Virus record (IMG/VR): IMGVR_UViG_3300045256_000653
Coordinates: 1-64,000 of that record
DNA: 64,000 nucleotides
Origin: a virus
Direction: 5' to 3' (one strand)
In this document: positions 40,438-50,309 of the stretch, piece after piece
Layout: the number at the start of each line of letters is the position of its first letter
Numbering within the stretch: position 1 is the first letter of the stretch
The notes under the pieces: generated by a model
What the model saw: only the letters and a program-made list of their open reading frames with translations
Databases searched by the model: none
What the model was told of the DNA's origin: nothing
Made by a program: the position numbers and the translations under genes

Positions 40438-41066
40438 TGTTCCCCGAAATGTACACCAAGGTCCCGGCTGGCAAGCTCAACACCGCCGAGGTCACGCACA
40501 CCGTCGTGACGAAGGAAGACTCGGACTTCACGAGCATCCGCGCCGTCATGGGTCGAGACGAATACGTGCCGCCCGGCACGATCACGCGCCTCCTCATCAA
40601 CGGCGAGATCATGATGTCGGACACGCCGATGGAGAAGAACTCGAACTTCCACGTCGTCCGCCGCGCGAAGGGTCACGTGTTCATCGCGGGTCTCGGACTC
40701 GGCATGATTCTCTGGCCCATTCTCGCGAAGCCCGAAGTGCTCCGGGTCGTCGTGGTGGAGATGAACCCCGACGTGATCAACCTCGTGGGCCCGCACACCC
40801 CAAAGGATCCCCGGCTCACGATCGTCCAGGCGGACGCGTTTGCGTACAAGCCGACGACGAAGTTCGACGTCATCTACTTCGACATCTGGCCGAGCACCAC
40901 GACGGACAACCTTCCCGAGATGGCGAAGCTTCACCGCCGCTACGGCCGCTTTCTCCAAACCGGTGGCTGGATGGAGTCGTGGCAGCGCGGCTTGCTCCGG
41001 GCCCGCCGTCGCCGCGAGCAGCGGGAAGAGCGCGAGTACCAATCGTTCGCCCGAGTGTTCCGCTAA
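40434..41066 (+). CDS. Class I SAM-dependent methyltransferase (spermidine-synthase-like fold)
   Basis: MMSDTPME, IAGLGLG, VVE, ADAF and FDVIYFDIW motifs. Confidence 0.8.
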   Translation: MMFPEMYTKVPAGKLNTAEVTHTVVTKEDSDFTSIRAVMGRDEYVPPGTITRLLINGEIMMSDTPMEKNSNFHVVRRAKGHVFIAGLGLGMILWPILAKPEVLRVVVVEMNPDVINLVGPHTPKDPRLTIVQADAFAYKPTTKFDVIYFDIWPSTTTDNLPEMAKLHRRYGRFLQTGGWMESWQRGLLRARRRREQREEREYQSFARVFR

Positions 41067-41455
41067 TGCCGGGGCACCGCGCAGTCGAGACCATGCTCGT
41101 CGTCTTCAACGAGCAGACGGTTGATGCCTGCTTTGCCCGCGCGAAGAACTACTTCGAGCAGCGGGTTGACCATCCGGGCGATGCGTTACTGCGGGATGGG
41201 ATTCATCGCTGCGAGCGAGACCTAGGGCGGCTTCCGACCACCAAAGAGGTGATGGCAGCCTGTTGCCTTACGAAGGAGCAGAAGCATCGGACGGTCGAGT
41301 TGCTTTCCGCTATCCGAGAGTACCGCGCTGTCGATTACGACGACTTTGAGCACGTGGGAGGGTACCGGGAAGGGGCAAGGCCGAAGGCCGCTTCTAGGAG
41401 CCGCCCAGACAGGCTGGCGCGCCTTTACGAGCGCATCCGAGGCTTGTTCTCTTAG
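41066..41455 (+). CDS. Hypothetical protein
   Basis: TAATG coupling. Confidence 0.5.
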   Translation: MPGHRAVETMLVVFNEQTVDACFARAKNYFEQRVDHPGDALLRDGIHRCERDLGRLPTTKEVMAACCLTKEQKHRTVELLSAIREYRAVDYDDFEHVGGYREGARPKAASRSRPDRLARLYERIRGLFS

Positions 41456-41739
41456 GCTTTCGCCATCGGGTGACACACGCCGTGCGTGATGAGGGCGAAG
41501 AGGAAGATCCCGGCGCGAATGTCTTCGGGCGGATCTCCGACGATGCGGATCCGGATGTGCTGGTGCTCGGCGAGCGCGTTGAGAATCGTCTCCATCGCTT
41601 CGCCGGGCGTGACTTCCGGTCCGATCTCGGCCGCCATTTGTTGAACCATCTCTAGAGGGCTGCCGCGATAAATCAGCGGACCCTCTTTTGAATACGTCCA
41701 GACGGCCAAGGGAAGATCTTCGAGGAACTTCAGATTCAC
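41452..41739 (-). CDS. Hypothetical protein
   Basis: GTGA coupling with the upstream gene. Confidence 0.55.
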   Translation of the reverse strand: MNLKFLEDLPLAVWTYSKEGPLIYRGSPLEMVQQMAAEIGPEVTPGEAMETILNALAEHQHIRIRIVGDPPEDIRAGIFLFALITHGVCHPMAKA

Positions 41740-42050
41740 TCGATGACCTGAGGAGCGTGCCGCGCCGGAGAGAGCTTTCGGCGAACGCCGCCAGTCTTCT
41801 TCACGGCTTTCCACACGGGAGCGGCGTCCATCGATTCCACAGAGAGAATTTGACGCGTCGAGTCGAAGCTCACAACTTTGATTCGGAACTCCCCAACAAC
41901 GTCGAGGATTTCATTCCGTCCGCCCTTTTGACGCGCGATGCGGAGCCGCAGTTGAAGACGGTCCCCCACACGAAGAGGAGAGGGAAGATCCATCTTCGCT
42001 TTCGGCTTGTCGAGGACATCTTCGAACTGCACGATCGTGGCGGGGTTCAT
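41736..42050 (-). CDS. Hypothetical protein
   Basis: Beta-rich basic ORF. Confidence 0.55.
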   Translation of the reverse strand: MNPATIVQFEDVLDKPKAKMDLPSPLRVGDRLQLRLRIARQKGGRNEILDVVGEFRIKVVSFDSTRQILSVESMDAAPVWKAVKKTGGVRRKLSPARHAPQVIE

Positions 42051-42757
42051 GCCTTGTCGATCGCATCGAAGCTTTGATTGACGAAATCCTTCATACCTAC
42101 ACGTTGGCCAATGGCCGAGCGTCGCATCAACAAACAAACGCGAATGAAACCTTGCGCGTGTCTCGTTTGAAGGTGTAGACCTGTTCCGATCGAGCGGTTC
42201 TCGATTTCGGTTCCCAGGTTCCGTACCTCCTTCGAGGGGTCGGGGTGCCATCATGCTCGGATGGGCAACACCTCGAAAAACCAACTGCCTCAGTTCAGGA
42301 CGAACCGTAGCTCGTAAGAGTTAGCTCCTGAAGTGGACCTCGGAAGCCGTTACGATTGGGTTGGGCAACCTTACAGGCTTCCGAAGGAGAGATGGACAGG
42401 GAATCGGAATTCCCGGAAACAGTCCGTCTTGGTCGAAGTAGCGTGACCGAGGTCGATTCCGAGAGCTTCAAGCTCAAGACCTCACGTTCGGACAAGTAGG
42501 ATCAAATTAAAATACCTACTGTCCGAAGCGAAGCTGAGGACTCCAAAACAAACCGAACAAATGCAGCGATCGAAACAGCAACACGAAGTGATGAAACGGT
42601 CAGCAGTCGTACAACGACACGTCTAGAGGAAGCACCCGATGAACATGCGATGCGCTTTTCGCTTGCTTGATTCGAGTTGATGCGATAACTTCGGTCCTAA
42701 GCTCGTAGACTTCCCAGCCCGAAATTCGGGCGGGCTGTCTCCTTGCAGGAGAAAGTG

Positions 42758-43195
42758 ATGCTGAAGAAGGCTCAGGAGGTGATCGCCTCCGGCAACGTCC
42801 GTTCTGTCGTGGATTACGGGATCGAACTCGATCGCGGAATAAAGGACGAACGGAGAGAGCTGGAAGTGATCAAGGATTTTCTGCGGAAGATTGGAGAGAC
42901 CAGCCTCGCCGATCGGAGAACGGAGAAGACCGTGGACGTCCAAGGCAACCTCGGAAGTGTCTCGATCACGTACCCAGCGGATCGACCGAGGGTGAAGTCG
43001 AATGTGGACATCCTCGCTGCGGAACCGGGAATCCCGGAAGCGGTCTTCAAGGTTCTCTTCACGAAGAGGGTCGTCGTCGATCTCGCCGAAGGGTTCCTAG
43101 AGAAGCTGGAAAACCTCTCGGACGAAGATCGGGAAATGATCTTGAACCTCGTGGAGATCGAATCTTCGACGCCCCGTGTGAGTTGGCCGAAATGA
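42758..43195 (+). CDS. Hypothetical phage protein
   Basis: AGGAG SD and a coiled-coil N-half. Confidence 0.7.
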   Translation: MLKKAQEVIASGNVRSVVDYGIELDRGIKDERRELEVIKDFLRKIGETSLADRRTEKTVDVQGNLGSVSITYPADRPRVKSNVDILAAEPGIPEAVFKVLFTKRVVVDLAEGFLEKLENLSDEDREMILNLVEIESSTPRVSWPK

Positions 43196-43202
43196 AGGCG
43201 AA

Positions 43203-43892
43203 CTACTTTTTGAACTGCGCGCCGTCCGAGAAGAACGTGGCGGCATACGTCCAGGAGATGACCGGGTGACTTTCGGTTCCGAACTGCGATCCAAGCTCCA
43301 GGGCACGCCGGTAGAACTTGTGTGCCGACTTCCGGTTCTCGGAAGAGAGTTGCAAGATCGCCTCGCCCCAGAAGTACAAGGCGAGGAGATGGATCGCTCC
43401 GGAACGGGACGCAGCCGGTTCTCGGGGAATGGGACGCTTTCGGAGGCGGCGGATCTCTCTTGCAGCAAGCGCAGTTTTTCCGCGCGCCAAATCGACCCAC
43501 GCACAACCGGTGGCGTCGCTTACGTACGCTTCCCACGGGCGCCGGAGGAGCGGTTCGTCAAGGGCAACGATGTCCTCTCCAACAATGAGCTGCATCGCGG
43601 CCTCGATGACCTCTTCGCTGTACGTCCTCGGTTCGTACATCGAGAGGAAATCTCGAACGAGTTCGCGGGTTGCATTCGGGTGCGCGCCGGTGTCGGCAGC
43701 GAGAGTGGCCGCTCGGAGAACACGCATCTCTCGGACGGTCCAATTCGTGGATCGCTCGTCCGGCTCGGTGACACTTACCGAGGAATCTCGGCGCGTCCGT
43801 TCCGACTCTTCGAAAACATCCCGCATGGCCTCGGTGGACTTCGACGCAAAGGTCGAGCCAACCGCTCGGAGCAGGTTTCGAGATGAGTTCAC
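43203..43892 (-). CDS. Hypothetical helical (TPR-like C-terminus) protein
   Basis: GTG start 10 nt after CGGTGTA. Confidence 0.6.
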   Translation of the reverse strand: MNSSRNLLRAVGSTFASKSTEAMRDVFEESERTRRDSSVSVTEPDERSTNWTVREMRVLRAATLAADTGAHPNATRELVRDFLSMYEPRTYSEEVIEAAMQLIVGEDIVALDEPLLRRPWEAYVSDATGCAWVDLARGKTALAAREIRRLRKRPIPREPAASRSGAIHLLALYFWGEAILQLSSENRKSAHKFYRRALELGSQFGTESHPVISWTYAATFFSDGAQFKK

Positions 43893-44187
43893 ATTCCTCT
43901 TATACACCGTCCACACCCTTCTTGAATAGGGCCGCGTGTGTAAAAGCAGAACACGGCCCATCCTCCCCGTTTAACGGAAAGAATACAACGACTTTCGCGA
44001 TGGGCGCAACATTTTCATTTACGACGTCGGGCAAAGTCTGTAGAAGGGAAAATTCCTACTCTGGCCGGCTACTTCATCTTCGCTTGAAAAAGGTGGTGGG
44101 CAGAACCGAGGCTTTTGATCGGGTTCGAGTTCGCTTGTACGAAACGTACGGGACCCTAGGAGAGGGTTCCAGTCGAGAGGGGTCCTC

Positions 44188-45180
44188 ATGGGTAACGTGA
44201 CGATGGTGCAGTCGCAGTCTTTGGCGTCCGAATCGATGATCGAGGCTTGCTGGCCCGAGGACATCCCTAGGAATTACAAGGAGATGGAAAAGCAGTACGG
44301 CGGCTTCGTCGCTGCGACCTTGCGCAAGTACAACAAGGTCAATCGGAATTTCTCGGAGCTTCTCGCGCACATCTGGATGCGCTTGATCCACGTGGACGTG
44401 ATCGGCAAATTCATGGCCTCCGTCGCGGAAAAGATGCCGCGCACGATGACGGCCACGGAAGCGTGCCACCTCTTGGGGGTCACCTTCGGACAGTGGCGCA
44501 CGAAGATGTGGGCGTACCACGTCGGCGATCCCGTCATCCGCAACGGCCGCATGGTGTGCCGCAAACAGGGCGGCTGGATGCCGACGCCGATCAACGCCGA
44601 GATCTTCCTCAAGAAGACGAACGGCAAGTCGAACGGCTACTCCTCGAAGAATGCGATCTTCGCCTCCGAGGACATCATGAAGCTCGCCTCCGACGAGCAC
44701 GAATTGAAGAACGGCGGCGTTCGCGGCCCGTTCGCCAAGCAGGGACCGCTCAACCTCCCGCAGCTCAAGGCGACGAAGGGCCATTTCCAGGCGTACCTGG
44801 CACGCACGATCCACTCGAACTTCGCGAACTGGTGCCGCACCGACGAGCGCAAGTACAGCAAAGATCGCCCGATGTTCCTCCGTACGGACGAAGAGGGCGA
44901 GGAGAGCAACTGGGAGGCGAATCTCGCCGACCCGCGTAGCTCGGGCCAAGAGACGACGGCCATGGTCAGCGAGGCGTGCAAGCGCCTCTCGACGACGCTC
45001 TACTCCGCGATGGAGGGCGTTCCCTCGTGCAAGCCCGTCGAGGAGCACGAGACCGAGATGTTCGAGCTTCTGGAGGACGGCTACACGCTGCCCGAGGTCG
45101 TCCGCAAGATGGACATCCCGGAGAAGGCCAAGAAGGCCATTCTCCGCTCCGTCGCCGATCTTCGCTCGCACGCTGCCTGA
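44188..45180 (+). CDS. Divergent sigma-70/ECF-like factor with inserted HTH
   Basis: Region-2-like SELLAHIWMRL and FQAYL..IHSNFANWCR, internal TATEACHLLGV HTH, region-4-like LLEDGYTLPEVVRKMDI. Confidence 0.6.
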   Translation: MGNVTMVQSQSLASESMIEACWPEDIPRNYKEMEKQYGGFVAATLRKYNKVNRNFSELLAHIWMRLIHVDVIGKFMASVAEKMPRTMTATEACHLLGVTFGQWRTKMWAYHVGDPVIRNGRMVCRKQGGWMPTPINAEIFLKKTNGKSNGYSSKNAIFASEDIMKLASDEHELKNGGVRGPFAKQGPLNLPQLKATKGHFQAYLARTIHSNFANWCRTDERKYSKDRPMFLRTDEEGEESNWEANLADPRSSGQETTAMVSEACKRLSTTLYSAMEGVPSCKPVEEHETEMFELLEDGYTLPEVVRKMDIPEKAKKAILRSVADLRSHAA

Positions 45181-45215
45181 TCGGGTAATCCTCTTGTCCG
45201 GCGTCTTCGGACAGG

Positions 45216-46157
45216 ATGGATCCCGTCTCTAAGCTCATCCTTGCCTCGTCGGAAGTGCGGCGCCGTCTTTGGGCGTCGCTTTCGTGGAACGAACGGTTTG
45301 CTGAGGTTTTCACGGTTCTTGCCGAGGCGACCCACGAGCCGTTCAGCCGGGCAATGGCCGCGATGTTCTTGCTTGCCGGGGTTCGCGGGATGCCCCCGAT
45401 CAAGGGCCAGAGCCCCGAAGAGTTCATGGCCGCTTTCAAGGGCGGAAAGCATGGACAGGGTTCGTGGCACTCCCAAGTCAACGCGCTCACGGCCATGCTT
45501 CCGCGTGGGTATGCGGGCGTCATTGGGGGTGCCGCCTTCAAGCAGGCGCTTGCCGTTTCCCGCAACAACATCGACACGGCCGAAGACATCCTGTCGATGG
45601 TCCTCACGACGTTTCTCGGCGGGGCGGGTCAGAACATCAAGCCGGTTAGCTTCGGCGAGGCGATCAAGCTCGTTCAGACGTCGGCGCACAACACTGGAAT
45701 CAACCTCGGAAAGAAGCGCCAGCGCGAGGTGATGCCGGGTGCGGGGGAAGAAGATGACGAGCGTTCGGGCGTTCCCGAGGGGATCGCTCCGGGCGTTCAC
45801 AACCTCGACGAGCTTGCGCACAAGCACGTGAAGCTCCTGCTCGAAGCGATGCATTCGAGCGCCCTCAAGAGCGAGCTGGAACACATCCATCCGAGCGCGG
45901 TCCAGTACGTCGAGCTTCTCCTGGAAGGCTACGACAAGTCCGAGATCCTCGGCATGACGCCGCGCGGGCAGGCGCTCCCGGGCGGGTCGAAGTTGAAGCA
46001 CCCGGTCACGAAGAGCGGACAGCCGCTCACGCCGCAAAACTGGTCCCCGTACGAGAAGAAGATCTTCGACACCATCCGTGGCTTCGCTGCAAAACACCAC
46101 ATTCACGAGCAGCGCGAGCACATGATGGAGCCGGTCTACGCGTACAGCAGGGCCTAA
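45216..46157 (+). CDS. Second sigma-like protein (divergent)
   Basis: TAEDILSMV..F...AHNTGINLGKKRQR and YVELLLEGYDKSEI. Confidence 0.45.
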   Translation: MDPVSKLILASSEVRRRLWASLSWNERFAEVFTVLAEATHEPFSRAMAAMFLLAGVRGMPPIKGQSPEEFMAAFKGGKHGQGSWHSQVNALTAMLPRGYAGVIGGAAFKQALAVSRNNIDTAEDILSMVLTTFLGGAGQNIKPVSFGEAIKLVQTSAHNTGINLGKKRQREVMPGAGEEDDERSGVPEGIAPGVHNLDELAHKHVKLLLEAMHSSALKSELEHIHPSAVQYVELLLEGYDKSEILGMTPRGQALPGGSKLKHPVTKSGQPLTPQNWSPYEKKIFDTIRGFAAKHHIHEQREHMMEPVYAYSRA

Positions 46158-46176
46158 CCCGGTGTAACCCGGGTGA

Positions 46177-47832
46177 ATGGCTGATCTCCCGAAGAACATC
46201 ATCCTGCTCGGCGACTGCGAAGAGGTCCTCAAGACCCTGCCGTCGAACTACTTCGATGCCGTGATTTCCGACCCACCGTACGGACTGGGAACGAAAGAGC
46301 CCACGGCGCGAGACATCGAGCTGTACCTCGAAGGAAAGCCGCTCGACACGGGCGGAGACTTCATGGGCAAGCCTTGGGAGATCCCGAGCGTCGGCGTCTG
46401 GAAAGAGGTCTTCCGCGTCCTCAAGCCGGGCGGCCATGTTCTGAGCTTCGCGGGCACGCGCACATGGGACATCATGTCGATCGGCATCCGAGCCGCTGGG
46501 TTCGAGAACCGAGACACGATCTCCAGCCTGTTTTCGTCCCCCTGTCTCCAGTGGCTTCATGGACAGGGGTTCCCCAAGTCGCTCAACATCTCCGACGCCC
46601 TTCGGAAGATGGCCGATCGCGAGAAGGACCCCGAGAAGAAAGAGCGGCTCCTCGTGGCGTCGAAGGAACTCGAAGGCTACGGGACGGCGCTCAAGCCCGC
46701 ATGGGAGCCCATCCTCTGTTTCCGCAAGCCGATCGAGACGACGAGCCTTTCCCTTCAAGCGGCCGAGACCCGAACGGGCGGGATGAACATCGACGGCACG
46801 CGCGTCAAACATTCGAGCCCCGAGGACTTCGCCAAGCACAAGGAGCACGTCGATCGTATCAAGGCCGAGGGAGGCCAGTGGGGTGACTCGTGGAAGAACA
46901 GCTCGGATCTCTCGGGCGCCAACGAGGTCACGACGGCCGGCCGCTGGCCCGCGAATGTCGTCCTCACGCATTCGCCCGGTTGCACCAAAGTCGGCACGCA
47001 GGAAGTCGCCGCTCCCGTCATCAACCGCTTCACGGACGGGATGAAACCCTTCGGCGACGGCGCCGGACACCCCTACGAACAGAGCGGCGGGGGAACCGAG
47101 GCCGTTGCGGTATACGAGTGCGTTGAGGGTTGTCCCGTGAAGACCCTCAACGAACAGAGCGGACGTCTCACCACGAATTCAGGCACCGTCACTCCTGACA
47201 TGGCGTCGATGGGGTACCACGGAGGGCAGGGCAGCTCTCGGGTCGTGACTGCTTCAACGGGCGGAGCCGATCGCTTCTTCGCGCAGTTCATTCCGGAAGC
47301 GCCGTTCTTCTACACGGGGAAGGCCTCGAAGAAGGAGAAGAACGAAGGTTTCGAAAAGGGTCCTGCGAAGGTGTCCAAGAAGAAGGGACAGCGCCTCGTC
47401 GTTCTCCGCGAAAAGCTCGACGAGCCCGAAATGGCACTCTTCGTCAAGCACTGGCCGGACGACTTCCCCGATCCGCGTACGACCCCGCTCCCCGAGTCTC
47501 TGATCGCAGAGATCACCCCGGAGATCGTTTCCTTGTTCACGGTGGCCAAGCCGAACGACAACGTGCACCCCACGGTCAAGCCGGTCGAACTCATGCGATG
47601 GCTGGTTCGGCTCGTCACGCCGGCGGGAGGCATCGTTCTCGACCCCTACTGCGGATCGGGCACGACCTGCATCGGCGCCTTGGAAGAGGACAAGGACTTC
47701 GTGGCGATCGAGAAGGATCCCCTCTACTTCAAGATCGGGAGCAAGCGCATCGAGAAGAAGCTCGGCGCCGTCCTCGACAACCGATCGGCCTCCCTCACGG
47801 CGAGCGCGATCTACGATCTCCCCGACGACTAG
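46177..47832 (+). CDS. DNA N4/N6 methyltransferase (beta class)
   Basis: DPPY, HPTVKP and LDPYCGSGTT motifs. Confidence 0.92.
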   Translation: MADLPKNIILLGDCEEVLKTLPSNYFDAVISDPPYGLGTKEPTARDIELYLEGKPLDTGGDFMGKPWEIPSVGVWKEVFRVLKPGGHVLSFAGTRTWDIMSIGIRAAGFENRDTISSLFSSPCLQWLHGQGFPKSLNISDALRKMADREKDPEKKERLLVASKELEGYGTALKPAWEPILCFRKPIETTSLSLQAAETRTGGMNIDGTRVKHSSPEDFAKHKEHVDRIKAEGGQWGDSWKNSSDLSGANEVTTAGRWPANVVLTHSPGCTKVGTQEVAAPVINRFTDGMKPFGDGAGHPYEQSGGGTEAVAVYECVEGCPVKTLNEQSGRLTTNSGTVTPDMASMGYHGGQGSSRVVTASTGGADRFFAQFIPEAPFFYTGKASKKEKNEGFEKGPAKVSKKKGQRLVVLREKLDEPEMALFVKHWPDDFPDPRTTPLPESLIAEITPEIVSLFTVAKPNDNVHPTVKPVELMRWLVRLVTPAGGIVLDPYCGSGTTCIGALEEDKDFVAIEKDPLYFKIGSKRIEKKLGAVLDNRSASLTASAIYDLPDD

Positions 47833-48092
47833 GCGGCGAGGCCGACGAGCACGAGCTTGGCGGGCCGACCGAGCTTCTTGATCTCGTGCTCACGCTTCAA
47901 GGCGGCGCTCTTCGAGCGGACTTCTTCTACTCGAACGAGCTTCCAAGGACGTCCGGCCCTCGTGGACTTCGCGCCCCGCTTCCCTTTGCCGTTGTGCTCT
48001 TCGCATCGACGAGAGGGTGACGTGGAAACGCCCGTGTAAAGCCTTCCGGTCGTCAGGCTGTAGAGCACGTAGACGTACCAGCGGTGCTTCAC
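47829..48092 (-). CDS. GIY-YIG nuclease (SLX1/YhbQ-like)
   Basis: WYVYVL..LYTGVS..RR..HN..GAKST..ALKRE. Confidence 0.88.
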   Translation of the reverse strand: MKHRWYVYVLYSLTTGRLYTGVSTSPSRRCEEHNGKGKRGAKSTRAGRPWKLVRVEEVRSKSAALKREHEIKKLGRPAKLVLVGLAA

Positions 48093-48094
48093 GA

Positions 48095-48328
48095 TTACCC
48101 GCGACGGTCGTAGGAGAAAGCCGCCGTCTTCAAACCGGCGATCTCTTTGGCCTTCTGCTCCGCCTTGTGGAGATCGGGGAAGTTGAACCCGTGGGGCACC
48201 ATCAAACCGGAGTCGAGATCCTTGAGCGTGACGTTGTACCCGCCCCGTGTGCTTTCGAAGACGTAGGCCTCCATGCCGTCTTCCTTGTTCGTGAACGTTT
48301 TGAGGGGCTTGGGGTGCATCGTACTCAC
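48095..48328 (-). CDS. Small hypothetical protein
   Basis: C-terminus KTAAFSYDRRG. Confidence 0.6.
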   Translation of the reverse strand: MSTMHPKPLKTFTNKEDGMEAYVFESTRGGYNVTLKDLDSGLMVPHGFNFPDLHKAEQKAKEIAGLKTAAFSYDRRG

Positions 48329-48993
48329 CAGGTGAAGTTGTTCTCGGCTTTGCGGTGACGGAGCGAGGAGATGATGAAGGGCCCTCGGCTGAGGGAGGCG
48401 TAGAGACCTCCCGCCCAGCGTTTGCGGTCCCAGTCCGAGAGATCGAGCATGGCACGTTCTCGGCGCGTCTTGATGTTGAACGCGGCGGCCTCGATCATCT
48501 CCTGGCGGTAAGGCTCCCAGACGGGCGCGTGGGCCATGACCCAGACGCTGTAATCGACGAAGCCTTCCTCGTAAAAGGGGTCACCTTCCGGGAACTTGGC
48601 GAGCGATCCATGGGTGAACTCGTGGGTGAGCTTCTCCAGCGTCTGGCCGGCCTTGCCACCCACGGAGGACGACAGACGAACCTGTCCGGTCCCAGGGTCG
48701 AAGCTTGCCGTGGCGCCGGCGGTGTGCTGGCCGTCCGGCATCGGTAGGATCTCGGGCAAGGGATCCATTCCGTACGGGCCGAGAGCGTGACCCACGAAAT
48801 CGTAGATCTTGGGCGCCCATTGCTCGACGAACTGGTCCCATTCATTGCCGAAAATGTGGCACGTGAAACGGCGAGAAGCCGAATCCTCGTCCCAGTTGAT
48901 GAAGCCCGAGGGCGGCCCCTGCAAGGTGTCGTCCGAGGCTTTCTTGAGCATTGCCTGGACCTTCGGGTCGATGGGGTCGCGGGAGGGATACAT
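48325..48993 (-). CDS. Zincin-like metallopeptidase
   Basis: LTHEFTH...EEGFVDY. The start is uncertain. Confidence 0.65.
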   Translation of the reverse strand: MYPSRDPIDPKVQAMLKKASDDTLQGPPSGFINWDEDSASRRFTCHIFGNEWDQFVEQWAPKIYDFVGHALGPYGMDPLPEILPMPDGQHTAGATASFDPGTGQVRLSSSVGGKAGQTLEKLTHEFTHGSLAKFPEGDPFYEEGFVDYSVWVMAHAPVWEPYRQEMIEAAAFNIKTRRERAMLDLSDWDRKRWAGGLYASLSRGPFIISSLRHRKAENNFTW

Positions 48994-49045
48994 TCCGACA
49001 GGAGGCGACGCAAAAGAGCTTTTGCGGTTTGGACTTAGGAGCACC

Positions 49046-49813
49046 ATGGGCGACTCGTTCAGCATTCTCTACCCCACCGGCCTTGTGATGGACGTTGGAG
49101 TCCAATCCCCCGTCAATGGCCAGGGAAATTACGGCTCAGTCGTAGTCTCCCAACCCATCCCGGGCCTGGGATTCCAATCGCAGAGCTTCGGGACGTTCGC
49201 GCTCGCTCAAGGGCAGCTCAGCGGTCACCAAGGGACCATCGAGGCTCAGATCGTCACCGGCGTGCAGGGAAGTGCGAGAACCATCCTCGTACTCTCGACA
49301 TCGGATCCGGCAACGACGAACTCGAACATCGCGGTCGCCCTGGACAGCTTGAACCGACCCTACGCGATGGTCTACAGCGCTCTCGGAACGCAGATCGCTC
49401 TCTCGCAGGTTCAGGCGCGACCCCAAGATTCTAACGTCCCCATGACGATTCGTCTCGTGTGGAACACGCTCTCGCCCGTTCTTGGGGGTGATTACATCGC
49501 GTTGGAGATCAACAACACGCTCTTCCTCACGTGGGCCACGGGGCTCACCGCTGCGTGGACTCCGATTGTCCCCTCCGTCGCCATCGTCGGCGACGCGATC
49601 TCGGGACTATCTCTATCGGGATTCAACGGCACCCTCAAGAAAGTACAGGTGTCGAACACGCCGGTGCTCTCCACGCAAGCATCAACGACATCGCTCGTTC
49701 TCGGACGCAGCCAGGCGACGATCGTCGGAACGGGCAGCGTGACAGCGACCGCGAAGGCGGTTCACAAGGCCACAGCCGTCCTCGTCGGTCAGGCTACGGT
49801 CTCGACTCGGTGA
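49046..49813 (+). CDS. Beta-sandwich (LamG-like) putative virion protein
   Basis: AGGAG SD, with GTIE..FNGTLKKVQVSN pattern. Confidence 0.6.
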   Translation: MGDSFSILYPTGLVMDVGVQSPVNGQGNYGSVVVSQPIPGLGFQSQSFGTFALAQGQLSGHQGTIEAQIVTGVQGSARTILVLSTSDPATTNSNIAVALDSLNRPYAMVYSALGTQIALSQVQARPQDSNVPMTIRLVWNTLSPVLGGDYIALEINNTLFLTWATGLTAAWTPIVPSVAIVGDAISGLSLSGFNGTLKKVQVSNTPVLSTQASTTSLVLGRSQATIVGTGSVTATAKAVHKATAVLVGQATVSTR

Positions 49814-49940
49814 CGGTGTAGGAGAAATCTGTAAAAAAACTCTTGACCCGTCAAAAATCCACTTGTGCACTCGTCTAAGGGAGTGTACAGATAGTCGGGC
49901 GCCAGACTTGTTCTCTGGCACCTAAAACGAAGCAAACGAC

Positions 49941-50093
49941 ATGACTACCAGGCTCTTGCAAACCACCACAACCAAGCGGGCGAAAAGCCTCGCGGCGGTG
50001 TGGTGCATGCTGAGCCTCGGTTATGATCACGTCGCCACGCCCGCAGAACCCTCCGAATTTTCGCGCATTCAGCAAAATCCGGAGGGACCCTAG
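49941..50093 (+). CDS. Putative leader peptide (50 aa) of the tRNA array
   Basis: MTTRLLQTTTTKR...QNPEGP*, immediately followed by alternative hairpins. Confidence 0.45.
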   Translation: MTTRLLQTTTTKRAKSLAAVWCMLSLGYDHVATPAEPSEFSRIQQNPEGP

Positions 50094-50170
50094 AGGCGGC
50101 ACTTCGATCGCGCACTGAGCGCACTTGAAGGCCGCCTCCGGGAAACTGGATGCGGCCTTCGGCGTTTCAG
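50093..50170 (+). promoter_or_regulatory. Putative attenuator (terminator/antiterminator)
   Basis: GAAGGCCGC (50127)/GCGGCCTTC (50152) hairpin competes with GAGGCGGC (50093)/GCCGCCTC (50131). Confidence 0.5.
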
Positions 50171-50309
50171 GCCCTCAAAAAATCGACCCCCAAGAATCTG
50201 ACGCTACCGATCTGCCCAATGGTTTGGGCGGATCCACAGGAGACGTGTAACCAATGACCCCCAAGACGACAATGCGAGAGAGCTATCCCAGCTCAGTCCC
50301 ATATTTTCT

